A DNA stretch of 64,000 nucleotides from Camelus dromedarius (lineage: Eukaryota). The notes below the pieces were generated by a model that searched no databases, was not told the DNA's origin, and worked only from the letters and a program-made list of their open reading frames with translations. The number at the start of each line of letters is the position of its first letter. Position 1 is the stretch's first letter. This document shows, piece after piece, positions 52,581-64,000 of this stretch. Position numbers and translations under genes: made by a program. The stretch lies in contig NC_087447.1 in NCBI RefSeq assembly GCF_036321535.1, forward strand, positions 35,838,001 to 35,902,000, read 5' to 3'.

Positions 52581-55399
52581 GTGAGTGACTCTCAGAGGAC
52601 TCAGGAGAGTGGATCTACTCCAGGGTGCTTCCTGAAAGGCCCAGGGAGACCCCAGCTCACCTGTACTCCATTAGCCAATATCATTTTGTTTGCTAATTGA
52701 TCCAGCCACTGTTTATCCAACATCTTTTGTGTGCCAAGCTCTCTGTGAGAACCAGGCCCTGCTCTCAGTGCAGCGAGGTGGAGGGAACCTGGATCTGCAT
52801 GCCAAGATCCAGTGAAATAATCCTAGAGCTGAGTGCTCCAACTCCTCTGGATGATGCCAAGCCTCTTCCATGAGCTGCTGGAGTTACCCTCTTGGGGGAA
52901 AAATCTTGCTTAAGCTCTTTCCTTGGTTCTCAATTGTTTATAAGGTCCCAAGTCTTCAGCCTGGCATCCAGGTTCCTCACAGTAGGCCCTCATTCCCAAG
53001 ATCCTTCTCCCCAAGCCCACCTTTCCTGTGGGACTCACAGCACACTCTTCACATCTCTGCCACAGCACAGATCATACTTTATGTTAACATCTATATCTAT
53101 CTGCAAACTGTCTCCTTCTAAGTCAGAATGACCTCAGAGTTGCAATCTGGGCTTTATTCATCTTTGTATTCACAGTGCAAGGCACACGACAAAGCTCCGT
53201 AGACCCTCACTGACTCCTTAAGATGCAATAATGTTGCAAGTAAGCACTCTGGGATGAGAAAGGAAGGCAGAGTTGGGCAAGCTTCAAGGTTGAGGGGGCA
53301 TCCGAGTGGAGTCTGGAGGGATGACTAGGGTTCTGACAGGCAGAGGAGTTCCAGAGAGGGAGGGCCTGTGGAGCCTGAGGGAGGAGAAACAAAGGAAAGT
53401 CACCATGGAGGAAAGCAGGCCGGGTGGGAGCAGTGCAGCGGTGCTGAAGCATGAAATACACGCAGGAGAGTGATGCAGGCTGAGATTTGGAAATCGGGGG
53501 CATCTCCAGGAGAGCTTCAAATGCCAGGCTGAGTGTTTGGGTTGGATTTGTCAAGTTTGGAACAGAAGAAAGATGTAATCAGAGCAGCATTTTTTAGGCA
53601 AGAGCTTGAGAGGGTGTCCAGGGTAGCTTGGAGGCAGGGAGAGGCTGGGGGTAGAAACAGCACTTAAGAGGTGGTCTCATTAGTCTAGGTGAGAGATAAC
53701 TGCAGCCGGAAATGGTGCGTCAGCAGTTGGGGGTGCAGCCCAGGATGATTTGCAGCAACCACCTCACTAAGGAAGAGTTGAAGAATCAGCGAGGCTCAGT
53801 GACTGCCTGAGTGAAGGGGTGGTGGAGAGTGGTGGGCATTTGGCTTAAATACCTGAAGTCCATTCCCTGAGAGCTGGAATCAGACTATGCCCAGCCAGAC
53901 AAAAGCTGGCTTTTGCAGCTGGCAGCAGGGGGATGAGATTTCCCCCTCCAACCCCGCCAGTCACACACACACACACCCTCACCCTCCCACTCCCAATGTC
54001 CCTGCATTCTGGCTTCAGGAGCAGTAATCTCTGTGATAACTGTTTGCCTCAGGCATCCTGATTATCAAAGCCCTCAGATGAGCAAGAGGACCAGAATGCA
54101 TACTGCCACATAACTAGCCGGTGACAAGTCCTCCTCCCACCTTCCATCCCAACACCCCTTCCAAAGCTGCACAAATGCTAGAGAGGGGAGGGATACCTTG
54201 TGGGCCTCAGGCCAGAATATAGTCACCAGGTTATAATGAACAAAGTGACAGAGAGGAAAACACCCTTCCTGCAGATAATGTAGACCTGGATCTTCACTAG
54301 CTTTTCTGCTACGCTACATACCAGCTGTGGGACTTTATACAAACCACCCAGCCTTTCTGGGCCTCACTTTCTCTGCCTGTGAAATGAGCATCATAATCCC
54401 TGCCTTGCTTGCTTCATAGGGCAGTGGAGAGGGAAATTAGGGCGAGACAGGCTGCAGGGCGCAGAGTGCAGTGTGGCAGAGCTCTGGGCAGACAGTATGT
54501 TCCCAGAATGTGTGAAACTGGAATGAACCAGGTGGCTGTCCAGCAGCCCCTCCCAGGTGAGGCAGCACCTGTGTCCCAAACCGCTCCAGCTCGGTGCAAA
54601 TTGCCATCTCCTCCCCAGAGGACAGGTCAGCTCCTCAACTGGACACTTTTCACCTGGCCTTTGCTGGTTTCCATCTGCAGCCTACACCCCAGGGCAGGTG
54701 AGCATGAAGGAGGGACATGGGAACGGGAACAAACAGGAGGAGAAGCCACCATCCTTGCCCTGTGGCACCCTCAGTCCACCTCCCTGGGTTTGCAGACTTG
54801 CCTGGAAATCTAGGGGGCAGATGAGAGAGGGGGTTGGTTAAAGCAGTGGTCTTCAAACTTGAGTTTAGTTTAGGGTAAGCCTCATTTAGTGATTAATTAA
54901 GGCATCTCTAGCCTGTAGGGATTCCTGTCTTCTTTTAGGTGTTGTTTCTCTGTGATGCTCTGAATTCAGAAGAAACAAAGCAGTATAGGTTAGTGAGGAA
55001 TTTTTTTTTAATGTAGAATGTTTTCCCAGACCACCATATACTGGAAAAAGGCCTATAAAGTTTTTTAACCTAATTTCTTACCTAATTCAGAGTATATTAT
55101 TCAGTAAAGAAGTCAAAATCTATTCTATTAAGTTATGTCATAAAATACGTATTTCACTTATGGTTATTTCTTATCTTATTTCATCTTATAAAATGTTTAT
55201 CATTTCTACCTCCTATTACAAAAAATGAATTTATTTAAACTTATGAAATAACATTTTATATGTCACTTAAAAATATGTGGGAGAGTATAGAGTCTTTCAA
55301 AATTATTTCAAGGAGTACAGAGGCAAGGGTTTGGGAGACACCTGGGCAGGGTGTTGATTTTTTCCAGTGTCCCCACTAGTGGCTGATTGCCTTGTACCT

Positions 55400-56110
55400 T
55401 CTGTATCAGTGTGAAGACCTTTTGCTGAGACTATCCACTAATCAAGGTTTGAAGAATATCAGCATTTACAGTCTCATTCAGAAATCTGGGATGTGAGGGC
55501 GATCTGGCTGCGACATCTGTCATCCCATTGATCACCAGGGTTGATTCGGCTGATCTGGCTGGCTAGGCAGGTGTCCCCTTCCTCCCTCACCACTCCATGT
55601 GCATCCCTCCCAAAGCTGCATGCTCAGTTGAAGAGGACGACCATCCCCAATAGAGGAGGACCGTTCTTCTCCATCAAGGGTATATGAGTAGCTGCGCTCC
55701 CCTGCTAGAGCCTCCAAACAAGCTCTCAAGAAATCTGGAGATCAGCTTTTTTAGTTGATGTGGTGGCTTGGTGATAGCATCAGGAATGCAGGTTGTCCCC
55801 ATTTTTCTATACCATCTTCTGTGTGTCCCTCATACCTTCCCTCATGGTCACAAGATGGCTGCCCAGCTCCAGGCATCACTTAGGCAAGGGTAAAGGGAGC
55901 ATACTCCCCAAATGCCTCTTCCTTATGCAGGAGATCATCCTCCATAGACATTCCTTTACATCTCATTGGCCAGAACTGGGTTATATGGTCATCCTCAGAC
56001 CAGTCACTGACAAAGGGGTCTGGAATTGCATGCCTGATTGACTAATCACTATCCATTCTTTGGGGCTGAGCACATTGCTGCTGGAGCAAACTTGTGGTTC
56101 TTTTAGCAGG
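55400..56110. mobile_element. MLT1-like (ERVL-MaLR) LTR relic interrupted by the 7SK copy
   Basis: tctcattggccagaactgggttatatggtcatcctcagaccagtcactg motif; boundaries approximate. Confidence 0.5.
55489..55730 (+). pseudogene. 7SK snRNA retropseudogene, 3'-truncated and tailless
   Basis: Starts GGATGTGAGGGCGATCTGGCTGCGACATCTG (7SK 5' end) and runs to ..AAACAAGCTCTCAAG; flanked by direct repeat AGAAATCTG; CpG-decay substitutions. Confidence 0.93.
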
Positions 56111-57311
56111 GAAGGAGGAGAGCATACCATTAGTTGAGCAGCTCACCTCTATATTACACCGTAGTCCCACCAGACTACTTGGGATCCAAACATGGCTCTC
56201 CTCATTCTCCCACCACCCCCACCTTTTCTATTGAACTCCTGCTCATCCTTCAAAGTCCAGCCTGGTGCTACCTCCTCTGTGAAGCTTTCCCTGGTTGCCC
56301 CCCCTCTCCTTTGTGCTCTCAGCCTTCTGTCCATCTGCAATACCTCTTCCCTAGACTGCCTAGTCAGACAGCTCTGAGCACGGTTGCCACCTCCCTACCA
56401 TCAGCTTTTGAAGGCAGGGACCTTTGGCACACTGAATGGAAGGACCAGTACCAGCAAAGGCAGCACCAAGGCTGGAGACTGGAGGAGGCCTTCTAGGAAT
56501 GGAGGGGATCCCAACATGGCTTCAGTGGAGAGAGCAGGCCCAGCAGTGCTGGGGAAATGACTTGAGGCCATATCACCTGTGCCATTGGCACTAGGCCTGG
56601 GTTTTGCTTTCTATAGGAGGGAACCTTGGAAGGACATGATCAGGACCAATTAAGGTGAGCCTCCTCACCAGTTGGGGGGGTGGGCTGCATTCTGGGAGAG
56701 AGCTCTGGTTCTCCATGGGGCTTATCACCAAACCCGAGCCCACCCACCAAGGTATCTGTGAGTTAAAGTGGGGAGGGGATAAGCTGGTATTGGCTGCCTC
56801 CACCCCCATCCCAAGGGAGGAAACAAAAACAGTGCCTTTAGGCTTATCACTTAGCCTCTCTGTGCCTCAGCCCTAGAATGAGAAGACTAAGAATACTGAC
56901 TTTATAGAATTTTATGAAGATGAATGAGTTAATACACATCGAGTACTTAGAACCGTGCCTGGTGCAGGGTAAATGCCCAATAAATATTGACTCTCAGTGT
57001 TGTAATTACATCACCTGGGGAGGGATGCCGATGCTGACTTACACTGTTCATGTTCTATGGGGTGATCACTAAAAAAGTTGTGGTCTTCAGGCCCTTGTAT
57101 TGCCCAGGGGACCCCAGGGCAGAGACTCAGCTGTGTTCACTCCCAGAGAAGTGGTTCCAGGCCAGAGGCTTTGCGGCTGCGACTGCCAAGGCCAGCTGCC
57201 CTACATCAGGTTCTGTACGCGTGAACCCAGGGAGGGAAGGCCATGAATTTCAAAGCTTGAACACCGATCCCGCACAGCATCTCTGTGTGGCCTCCTGGGC
57301 CCCTTAGTTAA

Positions 57312-57638
<327 letters not shown>

Positions 57639-59939
57639 TAGGTACCTCCATTGGTTCCTTCAGATAATGCTTGCTGTGGACTTACTATATGCCTGGCACT
57701 GCTCTAGAGTTTCAGAGGTAGAGAAGAAGAAAATTCCTGCCTTCATGGAGTTTCCAATCTGGTGGAGAAGATAGATAGGCAAAGACATTAAATAAACAAA
57801 CAAATAAGTAGTGATGATGCTATGAAGAACACAAAGCTGGGTACGGGGTAGAGAGTGAAGGCCGTATTGCTGTCTGTACAGGATGCTCAGGGGAGGCCTC
57901 TGATAGGAGTGAGCATGCAGATATTTGGGGGAAGATATTTCCGTGCAGACGGCACAGCGAGTACAAAGGCTTTCTGATAGGAACAAACTTGGCAGAGAGG
58001 CCAGTGTGGGCAAAGCCAAATGAGCAAGGAAGGGGAAGAATGGTAGGAGATAAGCTCAGGGCCCAGGAGAGGGGCAAGGAAGACTCCTGGGCTTTGGGCC
58101 TGGGCACCTGGGCGAAAGGTGGTTTTGATAACTGACATGGCAAAGTAGCAGGCATTGGGAGTGTTTGGGCCATACTGAGTTTGAAACAGCCAACTCAGGT
58201 GTCAAGTGTCAGATGAGCAGTTAGACAAACAAGTCGGGCATCCTGGGGGAGGTCAGGGACAGTCATGGGCTTATAGGTGGCATCTACAGTTTGAACTCCG
58301 ATGAGGCTACCTGGAGAGAAAAGAGAAGGCCCCCAGGACCAGAGCCAACATTTAGGGAGACCCAGGAACGAGGGCCCGCTTAGACCTTCTGATGCCATGT
58401 GACCAGGGTCCCAGGCAGAAACAGCAGCGATGAGTGTTGGCATTTATTGAGCATGCACAGTGTGCCAGGCTCAATGCTGAGCTTCCTCCATGCATTATCT
58501 CACTTAACCCCTACACTTGTCCTCTTGTACTGTTGCTATCCCCATATTACGGATGCAAACACTGAAACTCAGAGAGGTTAAAAGTAATAACAGCGAACAT
58601 GCACTTGGCACATGACGTGTGTCAGGCACGATCCTAGGTGTTTTACTTAGGTTAACTCACTGAACCCTTACAACAACTCTATGGGGTAGGTACAATTATT
58701 GTTCCCCTTTTACAGATCAGGAGACCAAGGCTTAGAAGTTAAGTGACTTGCACTAGTCTCCCCAGCTGGTCAAGGGGCAGAGCCGGGTTTAGATCCTGCA
58801 AGTCTGGCACCAAGAAGGCTCTTTAAAAGGCTGAAACTGTGTGTTCAAGGGTCCTCAGACTGTGCTTAGGCCAGAGGTATAAATCCACAGGTCTGCCTCT
58901 GCGTGTCTGAGGCTGGGGCTGTACATGTGGCTATTAGGCTGTGGTCAGACTGTGTGTCATTAAGTCAGACTGTGATTTTTAGGAGTCACAGCATCTAATT
59001 GACATCTGGGAGTCTGGAACTCTGTGTGCTAAGCCAGAGATAGTACAGCATCATAAGAAGGCAGAAGATGTTTCCGGAGCTAATCACAGGTCTACCTTCC
59101 TGTGTCAGGTGGGAACGGCTCCATCAGGAGCATCCAGGGTATGCCCCCACCCAGGGGTCCCTGTGTGAGTGTGGCTGGGGGACTAGGGAGCAGCAGGTGG
59201 AGGAATGTTAAATACAGGCACCAGTGTCTGAAGCAGCTTCTCAGGCACAAAGACCCCTCATTAACCACCAGGGCCTGGCTGACCCTGGAAACAACCTGTC
59301 TGGACATCTGGTAAGTTCATTTTCTCATTCTCCAGAAAGGACATAATGTTATCTACTAAAAGCACAAGTTACCACCCATGAACGGACCAGTCCTGCTCTA
59401 AGGAACAAGGACTAGAGTTTTGCGTTCCACAGAGCCAGAAATTCTAGAACAGGGAAAAGTGAAGAGGGTGCACCCCATGAGCTGCAGGGCAATGGCATTA
59501 GGGGAACAGCTGGCCTTCTGAGGAGGCTACTGGCTGGTCACAGGTCTGGAATCCTGCAGAAAGGTGACCCATGATGCGGCTTACATTGTCCCGTGAAGTA
59601 ATCTTGTTCCTGAGTCCAGGTGAGATCAGGAAGTATTCTATGAGAAGGTCATGTTTGAGCTGAGAACTGGAGGATAGGTGGGAACCAACTGGGAGAAGGG
59701 ACAGGGGAGTGCTTCAGGCAGAAGGAGCAGCTGGACAAAAGCCCTGAGGCAGAAGCAGCAAAGACGCTAGGAAATGTGGGGGGAAACAGTGCTGGAGTGC
59801 GGTGAGCAGGGGGAGGGCTGAACTTTGAAGGCTGAAGTGGCAGGTGGGGCCTGTACCGGGCTGGACCTTGAAGGCCACACCACAGGCGTTAGTCTTCATC
59901 CTGAGGACAATGGGAAGCCACTGAGGATTGGAGTGTGTG

Positions 59940-59941
<2 letters not shown>

Positions 59942-59986
<45 letters not shown>
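59942..59986. repeat. (GT)n microsatellite next to an L1 end
   Basis: About 22 perfect GT units. Confidence 0.95.
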
Positions 59987-59989
<3 letters not shown>

Positions 59990-60450
59990 ACATACACATA
60001 ACATAAAACTTTCCATTTTAACTACTTTTAAGTGTACAGTTAGTGGCATTCAGTACATCGACATTGTTGGGTAACTGTCACCACCATCCATCCCCAAAAC
60101 TCTTTCATCTTCCCATTAAACAATGACTACACCCATTAAACAATAAGTCACTTCACCTCGAAACCACCATTCTAATTTCTGTCTCTGTGAATCTGACTAC
60201 CCTGGGTACTTCAGATAAGTGAAATCATACACTGTTTTGTCCATTTGTGACTGGCTCATTTAACTTCACTTAATAGTCTCAAGGTTCACCCATGTTGTAG
60301 CATGTGTCAGAATGTCCTCCCTTTTCAAGGCTGAATGACATCCCATTGTATGTATACACCACATTTTGTTTATCCATGCGTCCATCAATGGGCAGTTGGG
60401 TTGCTTCTACCTTTTGGCTGTTACAAATAATGCTGCTATGAACATGGGTG
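59990..60450 (-). mobile_element. L1 (L1M-type) 3' fragment
   Basis: Same antisense L1 3'UTR motifs as the fragment at 41835-42360. Confidence 0.8.
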
Positions 60451-62559
60451 AGTTGAGGTCATATTTGATTAAATTTAGGCTAGATTGGAAAAGGCAAGAG
60501 GGGAAGGGGGGAAACCATGAGAAGGCTCTCAGGGTAGTCCAGGGGAGACATGATGGTGGCCTGACCCAGGTGGCCACCCCAATGAACAAAAGTGAATGGA
60601 TTCAAGATAATTAGGAGGTAAAATAGATGGAACTTGGTAATAGGTGGGATGTGGCACTGAGGGAGAGGAAAGCGGGGGAGAAGCAGAGGTAATGTGAACT
60701 CAGAGCTTAAAACCCCCCAGCGGCCCCTGTGCTACACCACTTTCTCCCCTTTCTTCTGTTCTCTCAGTCAAGCACTAAGCCTTTGCCGAGTGCTGCCGTG
60801 TCTGGCAACAGGCTGAGGGCTCAGCACTGTAGGACAGGACTGTTGAAATCAACCCTAGCGGTCCTGGGTCCACCGCTAACTCCCTTTGTGACCTTGGACA
60901 AGACACTCAGGCTCTCTGAGCCCCAGTTTCCCCATCTGTACAGAAATAGTAAGCCCCTGCCTAAGTCGTAGGGTTGTTATAAAGATCAAATCAGACCGTA
61001 TCTGTTAAGTATTAGAGGTAAGACCAATTTAAGACGTATTTTCAAGTCTTGGCCCCAGTAGTAAACCTACTAAAGATGTTCTGGTGCCTGGGATAAAATC
61101 TGTCTGAGGGAGTGTAGGTGTGGAGGCAGGGGGATGGCCTCCAGCTAGAGGATTCCTTGTGACCTGGAGACCAGACCCACCTGAGGGACATCATCCCAAT
61201 CTTGAGGGGTGGAACCAGAAGCAGATGCTCCTGCCCTCAATCCTAATGCTCTCACCCAGGGACCCGAGATACACGGCATTTGCCCCTCCCTGGGCAAGTT
61301 CAGTGTCTCAACCTAGTTCCCAGCCCAGAGCCAGACTAGGGCAGACCCCAGCTTTTGTCCCTACGAGATGCCCTGGCGTTCATGTCCAGGCCCACCTAGG
61401 GATAAAGAGCAAGGCAAAGATCTCCTTCCTTCTCTGTGGTTCCTTTAGAGAGGAGCTCTAGGGATTTAGGCTGACCTTGTATTGTATGTTAGATCATACA
61501 CATCATATATCATAGAGCATATGACTCTCGGGAGTAGCGGGGTAAGGACTGCCTGTGCTAAAGCACCCCCTAAAGGGGGACTTAGTTATTGCTGTCTTTT
61601 GTTGTCGCCAGCTGACAGTGGTTTATTGGCAGATTTGAAAGAGGGTGGGTGAGTGGGGATTTAGAGATAGAATCCACTGATAGCTTCTGATGTTTATGGT
61701 CCCAGGTCTGAAATCTGGAGATAGTAAGTATATTAACAAGCTGATATCCAAAGAGTACCCACTGGGTGCCAGGCTCACTGTGCTAAATGCTTTCCATACA
61801 TTGCTCACAACAACCTTTGAGACAGTACTATTATTATTCCCATTTTATGGATGAGGAAACTGAGGCCTAGATGGGTTAAATGACTTACCCAAGGTCACAT
61901 TGCTATTAAGTTACAGAATCTGAACCCAGGTGTATCTAGCTGCAGACCTAACTCTAACCACTATATGCACTGCTTTGCAAGGCGGTGACTCACTTTTTTG
62001 TATCCCTCATTCCCCCAGGCTCCCTGAGGAGCATCACCATGCTGCAATGGACTCTGGACTGGGTGGGCCAGGGATCTCGGCCCTTACCCTCTCTCTGTCA
62101 CTGGCTTGCAGTGAGCTTGGGCAGGTCACTCCTCACTCTGGGCCTCAGTTTTCTCATCTGCAAAATGAAAGGGCTGGATTGGAGGACTTTTAAGATCTTC
62201 CCAGCTTGGAAATTCCACAGTAGAGCACACATGCAAGGGCTCTGGCTCTAGGCCAGCCCAGCTCTGCCACTTAACAGCTATGTGACCTTGGATCAGTTAC
62301 CAAACCTTTCTGAGCCTAGATTTCTTGTCTGTTAAATCGGGGGTGATGGCAGTACTTCCTTCATAAGGCTACTGTGAAGAATAAGTGAGATAAAAATATT
62401 TAATGTGCTTATTTAACACAGTCCCTATAACTTCGTTAAATTCAAGAAATAATTTTCCTATATTTCTTATTATTATTTATTGTAAAGGGAAATTTGGCTG
62501 ACCACCTTGACTTACAAGATTATTGTTATTTTTGAACATGCCTATCGTAGATGATTTAA

Positions 62560-63015
<456 letters not shown>

Positions 63016-63379
63016 TGACCAGGGTCCTGCCCCTGCATGTGGCCCCATCCTGCTTCTTAGCCATGCCCTAGAAGGAGTCAGCTTGTTTTACCTGCCCCCA
63101 AAAGGGGAGTTGAGGCCAGTGGGAGAAGTCTCAGGAGGAACATTCCATCTGTCCCAGCTGCCCTCTACCCCAGGCTCCCAGGGAAGAGGAGGTGACAGGA
63201 TGTGTTAGCCGAGGCTGTAGGATTCTGGGTTCAATTCCATAGAAAAGAAATAAAAGCTTCAGGGTACTGGCTTCTCCGAGCCTGTTTGATTTACTTTTTT
63301 TTTGAGGTCAGAATGGACTTGTAATTATGCATATGAATAAGTAAATTTGGCTGTATTCATGTCTTTTTTAAAATCATTT

Positions 63380-64000
63380 TTTCTGGCCCCCTTTCCCTCT
63401 CTGAGAGTCATACCCTCCCCTCCTCCAGCCTTCCCTCCCCGAGGTAACCGAGATTAACAACCTGGTATGTGTCCTTCCATTCTTTGTTTATGAATATAAT
63501 ACCACATACTTTGTTCAGGTTTTTTTTCTCAACACATAAGTATTGTTTTTTTTCTCTCAATATTTATTTTATAAAAATGGGATTATATTCCACAGTTTTT
63601 TTGCATCTTGCTCCTCTCATCTAACATAGCTCTTAAGACTCCCTCCAAGTATGGTATGGTTAATTTTGTCTTCTTAATGGCTGCATAATATTCCATCATG
63701 TGCATGAGCCATAATTTATTCAGCCATTACCCTATTGATGGGCATTCACTTTGTTGCCACGTTTTTACAAATAACATATTAAATATACTTATATATTTAT
63801 GTATTGCTGCTTTTATTTCTATGGGAGAGAATCCAAGGAGTGGAGTTGCTGATTCAAAGGGTGGCTGTATTTTAAATTTTAATTGATGTTGCAGATTACC
63901 TTCCAGAAATGCTGTAATACACCAGCAGTGAATCAGAAAAGCTTTCTCCCTTCCTCCGACCAGCAGTGGGAGTTACAGCCGTTCTAATTTGGGCTAGTCC
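63380..64000 (-). mobile_element. Old L1 fragment
   Basis: aatggctgcataatattccat...ctattgatgggcatt...agtggagttgctga. Confidence 0.6.

Overview
Mammalian genomic DNA, probably a camelid, judged from a Vic-1-like tRNA-derived SINE; I recognised no Alu, Bov or PRE elements. The + strand carries USH1C (harmonin) exons 2-28 with the alternatively spliced class-b block and its polyA signal (~2.3-38.4 kb). After ~12.5 kb of intergenic DNA come the CpG-island promoter and coding exons 1-4 of ABCC8 (SUR1), the same gene order as human 11p15.1. The introns hold MIR, L2, L1, MER and MLT relics, a solo ERV1-type LTR, a young SINE and a tailless 7SK retrocopy. I found no prokaryote-type system and no new protein-coding gene. 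The most notable observations concern USH1C splicing: an apparent compensated frameshift in the harmonin-b3 tail, one terminal exon read in different frames, a candidate frame-bridging microexon and an RBFOX motif cluster. Exon numbers follow the 28-exon scheme. Comparisons with human and mouse proteins and repeat consensus sequences come from memory, not from an alignment.
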